Assembly (NCBI GenBank): GCA_951406725.2
Contig: OX597817.1
Location: 35,774,001-35,838,000, forward strand
Origin: Octopus vulgaris
Lineage: Eukaryota
Direction of reading: 5' to 3'
DNA: 64,000 nucleotides
A program made the translations under genes and the position numbers. Numbering within the stretch: position 1 is the first letter of the stretch; every line of letters begins with the position of its first letter. Shown here piece by piece: positions 1 to 11,641 of the stretch. The notes under the pieces are model-generated. The model searched no databases, was not told the origin of the DNA, and worked only from the letters and a program-made list of their open reading frames with translations.

Positions 1-437
1 ATTATCGTATAGTCATGTCTTAAATAAAACTATACATTGTAATTGCTCTTATACATATACACACAGTCTTTACATTATTTCTTTGTGTTGGTAAAATGGA
101 AAAGCATTATCTGCTGCTGAATTTCACCAAACATATTGAACATGAGAGCATGACAACTTTTATATAAGTGGTGTTTATCATCGTTATTATTTGTATTAGT
201 AAAAACAATATTATATAGATGACGATCATATATACTGGCCTTCATTCTACAATCAGTAATCCACTTTCAGTTCCGAGCTGCAGTCCCTTTTCTGAAGAAA
301 CTATGCTGCTCATATTATAAAGAAAGGACTTGAACATCACAATTTTACTTTGCTTAAATATTTTATGTTTCTTAACTACTGAAAGCTGGTTTATTTTGTG
401 TTGGCTTTTAAAATTACTTCTAATTATTTTCTTGTAG

Positions 438-503
438 CTTGATAAAGAAGTGATAGAAGGAATTGCCACCGGTCAATATTGGGGTGGAAGAAGGTTGTTA
501 AAG
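438..503 (+). CDS. SLC34A2: SLC34 (NaPi-II) Na+/phosphate cotransporter, internal exon (LDKEVIEGIATGQYWGGRRLLK)
   Basis: Acceptor ttttcttgtag, donor AAG|gtaaaa; 66 nt, phase 0-0; resembles the LDKxVIxxIAxG segment before the NaPi-II extracellular loop; joins the next exon in frame. Confidence 0.85.
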
Positions 504-785
504 GTAAAACTCCAGCTTTAATTATCGAATTTTATCATCAATAAATCACTTTTAAATGTTGTTGTTAATTTTGCCAATATCTAGCAGCAGTGAGCTTTGA
601 GTCAGAACATTTGTATTGCAGTTTTAACAATGATCTACAGTCAACATTCTTATATCACTGTAGATGTGGTATCAATGTTCACTTGCTTAACCGGTGAAAG
701 GAAGAATACTTCTGCTGGCACCATGCTTTGGATAAGTAATTAATTGACCACACTACAACTTCAAACACAAATGCCAGTATCCTAC

Positions 786-1085
786 TTTCGGGGTCGATAA
801 ATTAAGTACCAGTTACGCACTGGGATCGATGTAATCGACTTAATCCCTTTGTCTGTCATTGTTTGTCCCCTCTATGTTCCTTGTGGGCAATAAAGAAATA
901 AGAAATGTTAGCATGCTGGGCAAAATGCTTAGCAGTATTTTGTCTGTCTTTACAGTCTGAGTTCAAATTTGACTTTGGCTTTCGGGGTTGATAAATTAAG
1001 TACCAGTTGTATACTGGGGTCGATCTAATTGACTTGCCCCCTCCCCCAAAATTTCAGGCCTTGTGCCTAGAATAGAAAAGAATAT
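786..1085 (+). mobile_element. two partial tRNA-derived SINEs of the '(c)tttcggggtcgataaattaagtaccag' family (Meta/MESC-like central domain)
   Basis: The same central motif recurs at 8143, 13041, 37893 and 60928; the domain name is from memory and unverified. Confidence 0.7.
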
Positions 1086-2105
1086 TCAAATTTTCTCTTC
1101 CTCTAGTTTGCATATTCGTTTATGTCACTAATAAACCTAATTTCATGTTACAGTTCTCTCCCAGCATAAAATATTATATGCATTATATTAGAACTTGAAA
1201 TATGTTTTTGATATCCCAGTCTAGAATACCACCAATTCACTGTATGTTATAGCCTCGACAGAGGCTAATGTATCAATTTTAAAGATGCATGTATTCTGCT
1301 ATATGGCAAAATCTCTGCCTTATCTGACATGTTTAACATGCATTATTAATATCATCTTTAGAAAATAGTGAGTAGTTTATCAGAGATTTCTATTGATGCA
1401 CCACTTGTATTTTTAAGATTCTAAATTTAGTGGCAGTGGGCATCACATTGACACCACAGCATTGCTTTTAGCACTGATTACACAAGGTCAGTATTGTAGC
1501 AACATAAGTAGAATTCCATAGCTCAGCTGTGTACATGCTGGCAAATAGGACAAGAGGCCAAGAAGACAGCCAAAATGAATGCATGTGAATTACACTTATG
1601 ATGATATTGCCACCCTTAATGGTGAAAAGGGTACGTTTGTTGAAACCTGAATTCTAACTACAGGGTCTTCAAATTCAACAATTTTCATATATGCTACAAG
1701 AGCTAAGATAAGGATGGAAAGATCAAAATCTTGTTCACCTAACTTATGATTTAGAATCCTTGCATATTTAAAATAGCTTCAATATTATATAGATTAGTCC
1801 ACATTAATCCATAAAGAGTCTAGGGCTGGTTTCATCATCATCATCATCATCATTTAAAATCCACTTACCATGCTGGCATGGGCGGGATGGTTTCACAGGA
1901 GCTAGCCAGGCATTAATGCAGCACCACATGCTTCAATTGGTTGCACACCACAAGGCTCAATGGAAGCTACAGGAGCAAGCAAGCACACTTGCAGCATTAC
2001 CATGGCCGATGGCAAGACTAAGGCATTGGAAAAGTCAAGTGCCCTTACAGGCATCACCTGACACCTTGATGAGGCAAGCTGCCCAACATGACAAGAACTT
2101 TGCTA

Positions 2106-2700
2106 TTAGTGGCCCAGTCCCTCTAACATATCAAATGCCACTTGTTGGAAGAAATAGTTCACTGCCAGGTCCCGATACTTCAGGCTTTTGTTCTGTTTGG
2201 CTATGGAAGCAGTGACCCTCCCATTTACTGCAGCATTCAGGATGTGGGAGAGAGCAAAACAGTCACAGACCATGGTATCCCAGATGAGGCATCTGCCTCT
2301 TACCCAAGGCCAGAAAGTAAGACCATCTGGTCTTTTCCCATCACTTCTTGATAATCCAAAGTTATGGGAATAATAATCCAAGCCAGGGCTCACTTAATGA
2401 TTAAGTTTAGCTCATTGTGACAAGCCAAACAACCAGCATTTAGCGGGCAAGACAGACCATAATGAACTGTGGAATTGAGGAGCCTACCACAGTGACATCT
2501 CACTCCCCTTCAGATGTCAGCTTCCACTCTGAGTGCGATGGAGATGCAGAGCTGATCTAGGCTGAGTAGACTTCCAATATTGGCCATAGGCAGGGCATCA
2601 ATCCAGTCCTGTGAGAATTTTGCTTAAGCAGAAAGTCGGCGACGCCTTGAAAATCGATCAGATTGATCAAAGAGAGAGTTGAGAGTGATACTTGAACACA
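2106..2700 (-). mobile_element. decayed CRE-clade non-LTR retrotransposon fragment (Zn motif and restriction-like endonuclease)
   Basis: Minus translation DWIDALP...IALRV...CHCG...HYGLSC...HNELNLIIK*AL then DGKRPDGLTFWPWVRGRCLIWD...KYRDL...FQQVAFD; contains in-frame stops. Confidence 0.8.
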
Positions 2701-3065
2701 GAACATCCCATATTCTTAATGATTTCTAACTTTGGTATAAGGCCACCTGCTTGTTAAAGCAAAGTATATTAACTCCAGTATATGACTGGTATTTATCTTA
2801 CCAACCCAGTGGGTAAGAATAGGCATAATTTGTTTGCAATTTTTGTTTGGAACAAAGAGGATAGAATTAATTATATTAGAGTATTGTCTGGTTCTTTATG
2901 TTTTTGTCACTACATTGCCTTCCTTCTTTAGATCTGTCATGTGTAAGACTGATAAGGTTGGAGGTGTATAAGTAACTGAAATCACAACACCCCCACAGAA
3001 CAGGGCATTACCTTTCCAGCTACTGTTGGAACCTGTTTACAGCTGAGTGGACTAGAGCAACATGA

Positions 3066-3270
3066 AATAATAATAATAATAATAATAAAAAGAATAATAA
3101 TGATAATGAAATTATTGTATACAGTGCTCAGATGCTTCACAATTTGTCAAAAGTGCAAATAAAGCATATGCAGTATTGTACAAATGTCTGGAAAGTGAAC
3201 AGTGTATGAGTCAGATACATGCTTGTGTGTGTATGGAGGGGAGAAAATCAGGTGTAGTGTTGGCGAAATG
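3066..3270 (+). mobile_element. (TAA)n-associated repeat fragment; related copy at about 27700-27745
   Basis: aataatgaaattattrtatayagtgctcag occurs at both sites next to TAA tracts. Confidence 0.45.
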
Positions 3271-4057
3271 AAGTATTTTACTCAAGAACACGACACACCA
3301 CCTAGTCATAGAATTGAAACCACAATTTTACAATTGCAAGCACAACGCCCTAACCACTAGACCATGTTTTCACTATCTTCCCACCTTAATGCTAATTAAA
3401 GTGAAAATTTTGGTGCTGGTTCTTTTGAGATGAGGTTTGACCTCGACATTATATAAATCTTTCAAACTACTAGGCAATTTTCTAGTTTTTCTGGCACAGT
3501 ACCAAAGAAAATGATGGCTAATTGATAATTAAGGCACAACAAGGTGCAAATAGAAATAATCTGAACTTAATTTCTGATCCACTTGAAGAATTAATGATCT
3601 GCCGAATGATTACCAAGTGGCTTCAGTCATGTTTATCAGTCTTATACACTGAAGGCATTGTGTTGCTCTGTTGTTCATGGCAGTTACTTCTGATGATTTA
3701 CAATAAAAACAAAACTATTTGTGATAATTTGGGGTTAACTTTCATGTAGTGAGCCAAAAGAATATATTTTCAAATCAAAATGTTCAAGTGGGGAAAGAAA
3801 TCTGGACAAGGAGAAATAACTCTGAAATCCAAACAAAAAAGTCGGCAGCTGGTGTTTATGCAGTTTGCATTAACTTAGCAGTTTGGCAAAAGAAACTGGT
3901 AAAATAAGTACCAGCCAATTCTTTTGACTCTAATTCTTTAAGGTGGTTCCCTCAGCTTGGCCACACACTGAAACAAGTAAAAAATAAAAGTATAGGATTA
4001 TTAATTCATACTTTTTGTGTTTTGTTTCATCTAAAATATTCAATCAGTTATATATTA

Positions 4058-4401
4058 CTAGCAGTATCGCCTGGCGTTGCTCGGATTTGTAAGGGAAATA
4101 ACTATATAAGCATTTTTAGAGAGTTATAGCCAAAAAAATGCATTAAAAATGGTAAATTTTTTTTTAAATCGTTGACTCATCGTAGACATTTTTAGAGAGT
4201 TACTTCCCTTATATAATAGCGAAAAAAATGCATTAAAATGGAAAAAAATTATGGTAAATTTTTTTTTAAATCGTAGACTCATCGTAGATGCTCGCTAATA
4301 CCCAGAAGGGCTCGATATGAATCACGACTATAAGATACCCGGTTTTGGTTAAACTGCACCGCAAAATGTGGGAGTAGTTAGGAATCTTTTATATATAAAG
4401 A
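4058..4401 (-). mobile_element. non-autonomous Helitron
   Basis: Minus strand starts A|TC and ends CTAG|T with a subterminal GC-rich hairpin (ccgagcaacgccagg); no TSD; internal direct duplication. Confidence 0.8.
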
Positions 4402-4559
4402 TTATGCATTTTATCTTGGATATTTTCTAAATGGCTGGCATGAACTTATATATCTTTTAGGAAATTATAAAAGTTCTGGACTACGTTGAGCAGCTTTTAA
4501 GTTGTATATGGTATAAAAACCAAATAAACCGTCTAAAAGCTTTAAATTTTCACTCAACA

Positions 4560-4830
4560 TCATCATCATCATCATTTAACGTCCGTTTTCCATGCTAGCA
4601 TGGGTTAGACGGTTCAACCAGTGTCTGGCAAGCCATGGAGGCTGCACCAGGCTCCAGTCTGATTTGGCAGTGTTTCTACAGCTGGATGCCCTTCCTAACG
4701 CCAACCACTCCGTGTGTGTAGTGGGTGTTTTTTACGTGCCACCGGCACAGGGGCCAGAGCAGGCTGGCAAACGGCCACGATCGGTTAATGCTTTTATGTG
4801 TCACTGACGCGGCGCTAGTGTCTGCCATAA
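4560..4830 (-). mobile_element. SINE with (GAT)n tail ('ggttggcgttaggaagggcatccagctgtagaaac' family)
   Basis: Further copies at 1833, 6540, 20580, 23091, 34705, 44750, 49000, 61840, 62190 and 63232. Confidence 0.85.
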
Positions 4831-5074
4831 AATACATAAATTCAGAAACACTAATGCATAGGAATGCAGTAAGTGTTGCTAAATTTGGACCTTGTATCCT
4901 TAAATGTCTGTTTTGTTGTTATTGTCAGTGTTCAACCTCACATCAGCATGGTGTGATTTTAGGGAGATTTAGCTGTTATATTTTGCGGGTCATGCAACTG
5001 TGTTGAGACTACTTAGTTTGCATTTCTATTTTGCATAATTAAAAATTGATGTATAAATATTTGTCTCATTTCAG

Positions 5075-5222
5075 GTTTGGTGCAAATATAACAAAACCTA
5101 TATTCTACAAAATGTTACACGTGAAGTTAATGTGTCTTCCAGTGAAGGTCCTAATTTAATATTCAAGCTACAGAATGTAACACAATTAGAGGAAGCATAT
5201 ATAACATCACCCACAGAGAAAT
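5075..5222 (+). CDS. SLC34A2: SLC34 exon encoding the large extracellular loop (VWCKYNKTYILQNVTREVNVSSSEGPNLIFKLQNVTQLEEAYITSPTEK-C)
   Basis: Acceptor ctcatttcag, donor AAT|gtaagt; 148 nt; WC motif and four N-x-S/T sequons; the last T plus GT of the next exon gives TGT (Cys), in frame with ORF 8608. Confidence 0.88.
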
Positions 5223-5530
5223 GTAAGTTATGTCATACAGTGAAATCGTATTATTCATTTTAATGTATTTAAAAAAATGTTTATTGAGTTGGAATAAATT
5301 TCTTGCTTTATTCTTAGTGTGACCATTTTACAGAAAACGGGTCCTAAGTGACAAATGTTATATTTCTTCTGTCCCAGATCATTAAACCTCAGGTTAATAT
5401 TTATTTTGGTAAGGAAGATTGTGAGCCTGTTTTCATAACAATGCCGGTATTTATGACATCTAAGCAAAATATAAGACAATATATATAAACACATACAGAC
5501 ACAGTCATATTTCTTTAACTGTTATTTTTT

Positions 5531-6724
5531 AAAAACAAATCAAAATAGATGAACATCAATGGAATTTGTATCTTTGTGATACCAGTGCCGGTGGCACACA
5601 AGAAAACCAACCGAACGTGGCCGTAGCCAGTACCGCATCGACTGGCCTCCGTGCTGTGGGCACATAAAAAACACCATCCGATCGTGGCCGTTCGCCAGCC
5701 TCATCTGGCACCTGTGTCGGTGTCACATAAAAACACCATCCAAAGACCCGGCAAGACTAGTCAGGCCATAACCCGTGGCCCCTACCTGAGACGTAGTCAG
5801 TTCACCTGTGCATACCTTCCTTCCTACTTGTGACACTTGTGAAGACCTGTTGAGGCAAGTGAAAATCAAATCAAATCAAATCAAAACAAATCAAAATAGA
5901 TGAACATCAACGGAATTTGTATCTTTGTGGTACCAGTGCCGGTGGCACTCAAGAAAACATCCGAACGTGGCCGTAGCCAGTACCGCATCGACTGGCCTCC
6001 GTGCTGTGGGCACGTAACAAACACCATCCGATCGTGGCCGTTCGCCAGCCTCATCTGGCACCTGTGTCAGTGGCACATAAAAACACCATCCGAGCGTGGC
6101 CGTCTGCCAGCCTCGTCTGGCACCTGTGTCGGTGGTACATAAAAAACACCATCCGAGCGTGGCCGTGCATACCTTCCTTCCTTCTTGTGACACTTGTGAA
6201 GACCTGTTGAGGCAAGTGAAAATCAAATCAAATCAAATCAAAACAAATCAAAATAGATGAACATCAATGGAATTTGTATCTTTGTGGTACCAGTGCCGGT
6301 GGCACACAAGAAAACCATCCGAACGTGGCCGTAGCCAGTACTGCATCGACTGGCCTCCGTGCTGTGGGCACGTAACAAACACCATCCGATCGTCGCCGTT
6401 TGCCAGCCTCATCTGGCACCTGTGTCGGTGGCACATAAAAACACCATCCGAGCGTGGCTGTCTGCCAGCCTCGTCAGGCACCTGTGTCAGTGGCACATAA
6501 AAAACACCATCCGAGCGTGGCCGTTCGCCAGCCTCGTCTGGCACCTGTGTCGGTGGCACATAAAATCACCCACTACACTCTCGGAGTGGTTGGCGTTAGG
6601 AAGGGCATCCAGCTGTAGAAACACTGCCAGATCTGACTGGCCTGGTGCAGCCTTCGGGCTCCCCAAACCCCAGTTGAACCGTCCAACCCATGCTAGCATG
6701 GAAAACGGACGCTAAATGATGATG
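5531..6724 (+). repeat. tandem array of about 355-bp composite SINE units (starts about 5531, 5883, 6240) joined by (AAATC)n, ending in one complete (GAT)n-tailed SINE 3' end
   Basis: aaaacaaatcaaaatagatgaacatcaa(t/c)ggaatttg occurs three times; each unit contains about 62-bp subrepeats. Confidence 0.9.
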
Positions 6725-7140
6725 TTTCCCCATATCCATCCCAGTTATACAAGTATGGGGAAACGATTTTAAAAAATAACTGTTAAAGAATATTTGCAGT
6801 GCTTGGTTTTAAAGCTGCATATTAAAGTATATTTAGAGCTCACTTCCAATCAATTTAAAAATCATTATAACCAACATGCCCATACTTTCTGACTTAAACA
6901 CACAATCATTATCAAGTTTTATTTGAACATTGAAAACATGAACATAAATTAAAAATAAGTTGGGATATAATATCAAGCACCTAATCATATTCTAATAATC
7001 ATAAACCACTAAAATTATGCATTACAGAAAAAACTCCCAATTCTAATTAGATTTTTTGAAACTCCTGCAAGCACAAAACTATAAAAACCTATAACAATGA
7101 GTAGAACATTTTATATATCTTAACCCATTTATGTACATTT

Positions 7141-7521
7141 AGTTAGTTTGTTAGTTAGTTAGTTAATTTTTTGGCTCAAAAAGCAAAAATCAAGGCCATG
7201 TAGGGGGACATGGAGTTATGTACAGGGTGGTGTTCATGTAAAGAGTTCAGGCCACTTGAGGTCAAGGGAGACTTTAAACCGAGCGGTCATCGGCATCTTC
7301 ACCATCTTGCCTGGCAGCTTATTCCACGGATCCGCAACCCGAACGGAGAAAGCCCCTCTCCTTCGATTGAGATGAAGTCGTCACAGATAGAGCTTTTCGG
7401 AATGACCCTGCAGCCGACGCTCTGGAGCAGGAGTGAAGAACAGCTCTTTTGAGAGGTTACACTTTCCGCTTATGATGTTGTGAGCAAGAATGAGATCTCC
7501 ACGGCGTCGTCGTTTTTCTAT
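7141..7521 (-). mobile_element. 5'-truncated CR1-type LINE 3' end with (TAAC)n tail
   Basis: Minus translation EKRRRRGDLILAHNII...GHSEKL...FSVRVADPWNKLP...FKVSLD, typical of the CR1 ORF2 C-terminus; one internal stop. Confidence 0.85.
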
Positions 7522-7679
7522 ATTTCATCTATATATTCTACTGTTCAATTTTGATAAGAATTTAAATATGTGAGGTTTTGCAGTATGTATCTGATCACAA
7601 ACAAAGCAGTCCAGTGGAACTTGACTTCCTCTATAGCTTCACTTGCATATACAATTATGTCAATTCATGTTTGTAAATT

Positions 7680-7937
7680 TGGTAGATGTCAACGATAGGT
7701 AGCACATAGAAGTTGGAATTTCTACATTTTGATGGGGATTTTTCAGATTTTTTGTTTTTTCACGGTGCCCTTGGAAAAAAATACATCATTTTCCCAAAAA
7801 ATACTTTTTTTTAAATTTTTGTTAGAAAGATGCTCTCCATCATTTCCAAGGGCATTGTGAAAAACAAAAATCAGAAAAACCCCATCAAAATGGAGAAATT
7901 CCAACTTGTGTGTGCTACCTTTCACTGACATCTACCA
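7680..7937. mobile_element. MITE with long (about 95 bp) terminal inverted repeats
   Basis: tggtagatgtca...gcccttggaaa pairs with tttccaagggc...tgacatctacca; superfamily and TSD unclear. Confidence 0.8.
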
Positions 7938-8142
7938 TAGATTTATCTTCCATATAATTCTCTCCCAAAGACTAAATCAAGAGGTTTATTCCAGCTAACT
8001 AAACATTTTGTAAATATATCAAAATATGTATAAGTCTCAGAATGTTTACTTGTTTACTTGTAAGTTTCAACCTATGAAATACATAAAAGCAAATACATCT
8101 GTCTAAAGGTGTGCATTTATATCTATGTATGTAGATGGATAC

Positions 8143-8355
8143 AGGTGGTGAGCTGGCAGAATCAACAGCATGTTGGACAAAATGCCTGGCAGTATTTCTT
8201 CTGGCTCTTTACATTCTGAGTTCAAATCCTACCAAAATTAACTTTGCTTTTTCATACCTTTGGGTGTTAATAAAATAAAGTACCAGTCAAGTACTGAGCA
8301 AGATGCAATCAACTTGCTCCCTCACCTCATCCCTTCAGAATTTCTGCCCTTGTAC
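8143..8355 (+). mobile_element. decayed Meta/MESC-like SINE
   Basis: ggtggtgagctggcagaatc head; ttctgagttcaaatcc B-box-like motif; aataagtaccag. Confidence 0.7.
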
Positions 8356-8596
8356 CCTGCTACACGACTGGTATTCTGTTAAGTGAGGAATGTTATTTCG
8401 GTCACTAATATGCCGTGGAAAATGGGTTCTAAAGCTAGAGAAAGGGTAAAAAAAAATGTAGTTGGATGGCTACATGTGTTAACAGATGCATGTTATATTT
8501 TCTAGTGATATTTTGCTATCAATAATAGATTTTTTTGTGTAAAAAGAAATTTTTTCATATAAACATGATATTAAATTTTTTTTTAATATATTTCAG

Positions 8597-9546
8597 GTTA
8601 TTGTCTGATGAGTTATATCAATTGGAATGATTCGGTATCCGGTGTTGTTTTGCTGGTCATCTCATTGTTATCATTGGTCTTTTGTCTAATGGGAATGGTA
8701 CGCTTGCTTCATTCGATGCTCCGTGGACCTGTAGCTTCAGCTTTGAAGAAAACAATAAACTCTGACATTCCAAAACCATGTTCATTTCTAACTGGATATG
8801 TAGCCATCATTATTGGCGCTATATTAACAATAATTCTTCAGAGCAGTTCTATATTCACATCAACGCTCACACCTTTAGTTGGTATGGGTGTCATTCACAT
8901 TGAGCGAATGTATCCACTGACTTTAGGTTCCAACATTGGAACGACTGCAACTGGTTTATTAGCTGCCATGGCAACTTCGGGAGACAAGCTGAAAGCTGCT
9001 CTGCAAATTGGACTCTGCCATCTTTTATTTAATCTAACTGGCATTTTAATATTTTATCCAGTACCAGTAATGCGTAAGCTTCCTATAAACCTGGCGAAAA
9101 TGTTGGGCAACACTACGGCCAAATACCGTTGGTTTGCTTTCCTGTATTTACTGACTGCATTTTTCCTGCTTCCAGCATTTGTCTTTGCCTTGTCACTGGC
9201 TGGCAAATATGCACTGATCACAGCTTGTGCCATCATCATTCCACTCCTTGCCTTCATCATCATTGTTAATATTCTGCAAAGAAAAATGGAAAACGTCCTG
9301 CCAAAAGTATTGAGGAACTGGGACTGGCTTCCTCTCTGTTTACATTCACTAGAACCAATGGACAAGTTCCTGTCAAAGTTCACAGGATTCTGTAAAATGT
9401 GTCAAAAAAAGCTGGATCAGCCAAGAGCGAATGAAGGATCCAGCCTGAGTACGATTAATAATTCTTGTGGTGTAAGTCCTGGAGCTGACAGTCCTTCAAG
9501 TTTCCATTCTACAGCACGACTAATACAAGATACAACAAAATGTTGA
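8597..9546 (+). CDS. SLC34A2: SLC34 terminal coding exon (C-terminal repeat, TM helices, cytoplasmic tail); SLC34A2-like, invertebrate orthology unresolved
   Basis: Acceptor atatttcag ending at 8596; signature motifs LQSSSIFTS, YPLTLGSNIGTT, ALQIGLCHLLFN, LGNTTAKYRWFA, LHSLEPMD; stop TGA at 9544-9546. Confidence 0.96.
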
Positions 9547-11120
9547 TAATTTAGGAATTAATAGCTCATTATAAAATAATTATTCATTTAGGAATTTTTA
9601 AATTTTGAATCACCTTTTTTTTTTTTTTTTCACCCCTCTCTCATGTGAGAGCAGATCTGTTATCATTTCCTACAACTTTTGTGTAGGTGTGAAAGGGATT
9701 ATATATACACAGTCACATATCTACAACTGTACATATATAATTGTGTGTGATTGTATATATACACACATATATACTTATGAGTTTCTCTGTGTGGTGTGTG
9801 TGGGTGGGTGTGTGTGTCTGTATGTGTGTGTGTGTGTGTGTGAACTTGCATAAATGTTATATTGAGGGTGCTGGCACTGCAGTTTGTAAATATTCTTCAT
9901 CTAAGTAACATAATAGGACCGAGCTAATATAGGGGATCTATTCAAGTGAATGCTTTACTGAAAGATATAGAAGTTTATACCATTATATAAAGCTATCCAT
10001 AGTAAAATTAAGATGTGTATTTATGTGCATTAATTATTATTAAGGCTTGTGCATAAATGCATCTGTTCCTAATTAGTACGCAATAGAATAACTAATGATC
10101 ATGTATGTAAGATATATAATGTATATATTTATATATATCATAAACATCCATATTCATGCATATGTGCATAGATATATGTGTGTAGATGCGTATATGTATA
10201 TATATATATGCATACATATATCAATGTGTATGTATACTATATATGTCTACATACATATATGTATATACATGTTTGTGTGTATAAAGTAAAGCTGTAATCA
10301 CATGTATATATTTGAACAGATTTGCACTAATTCATCATTATATATTTATGTTAGCTAATGGCTGCATATAGTGAACTATATGCTGGCACAATTATTTCCA
10401 AAACCATTTTACAACGACACTATCTCATTGACATTGCTGAATGATAAAAGCTGCTGAGAAAAACTTACTTCAGAAGAAATGAAGTCATTCTTCAAGTTAT
10501 CTTTTGAAGCTTACCTTTATATTAGTTTATTAGTGATTATGAGTAGAAAAAAAAATTCTAGTAATATTAATAACTTAGATGAATATTTAGTAATTTTCAA
10601 AAATTTTGTTTCTTAATTTACAAGCTATTTTAATATAATAATATGTATAAAAAAAACTGGCGTGGAGAAAGAGTAAGCTTGGGTAGCTTATTCTTTAATT
10701 TCAGTCGCTAGTTCATTCACTTCATTTATATCATGACCGATAACTAGGAAAGTATGAACATCATTAATTAATATTCACAAGAAGTAGTAAGCAGTGTAAT
10801 ATAAGCGATGAAATATGTTGATTAGCTGGCTCTTCAACCAAACTGCTTTTAATCCCCATCTCCAGGTCTTTCATTTCATTTACATAATCACTGACCTTTA
10901 GGAAGGCATAAACTTCACATCTTCATTCAACCACCTACTCCGATAAAAACTTAAATTTTGTGCCTATTTAAAACATTAATATATATACATATACACACAC
11001 AAATATATGTGTGTGTATGTATATATATATATATATATATATTAGCTAATCTTATGTTATACACCTGGTAGTTTGCTGGTAAAGCATGTTCACTGGCTCA
11101 GTGTTCATTGGGTATGTAAT

Positions 11121-11641
11121 TAATGAGAGAAACGGAAGATGGCGAGACTTTATTGATCACTACAATCATTTTGACCCATCTAGCATCAAACCCCTGCGGA
11201 TGGGATGCTGCACAACTGATTTAGGTATATCCCTCAGTGTAGATGTGTCTCCTCAGGTGATTTCAAGAGATATTATTAAAATAAACTGTTTCACACAACT
11301 TGTTTTCCTCTTGGTCTTCATGATAGAAATAGCAAATTGGTGGGTACTGCGTCATTCTTATAGAATATCAATATTTTTTTGCTGTATTGTATATTTGTTT
11401 CTTTTTGTATCTGGTTTTTGTGATTGATCTTCTATAACAATGAAGCCGTATCCATTAATTTACCGTTCCTATCTTTGAGGACCAAGAAGAAAATATGCAT
11501 GTCATGTGAAACAGTCTATTTTAATGAGATACTGTTTGAAATCACCTGAGGAGACACATCTACACCCATAAAGGATCACTGGTAGATGAATCGAAACGAT
11601 TGTAGTGATCAATAAAGATTCTTTTATCTTTCATCTCATTA
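11121..11641. mobile_element. foldback element (PLE pseudo-LTR-derived) with hammerhead motifs on both arms
   Basis: Arms about 11121-11372 and 11423-11641 are imperfect reverse complements; TA repeats on the right flank and nearby on the left. Confidence 0.85.
11541..11609 (+). ncRNA. type I hammerhead ribozyme (predicted cleavage after GUA at 11604)
   Basis: ATCAC-CTGAGGA-[GA..CATCTAC...GTAGATG..TC]-GAAA-CGATTG-TA-GTGAT: stem I ATCAC/GTGAT, complete core, near-palindromic helix III ACGATTGT; AATAAA at 11611. Confidence 0.8.

Noticed and set aside
5826-5870. cacttg...caagtgaaaatc hairpin as a hammerhead
   Set aside because: No CTGANGA core in the right position; better explained as a LINE-like 3' tail stem-loop
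5531-6600. CRISPR-like repeat/spacer appearance
   Set aside because: The intervening sequences are themselves repeated SINE subunits, there are no unique spacers or cas genes, and the context is eukaryotic
9054-9383. 109-aa antisense ORF
   Set aside because: Shadow frame of the SLC34 exon with no independent motif
10668-10696. Small hairpin aaagagtaagct/agcttattcttt in the putative 3' UTR
   Set aside because: A 12-bp AT-rich stem is expected by chance and has no ribozyme core
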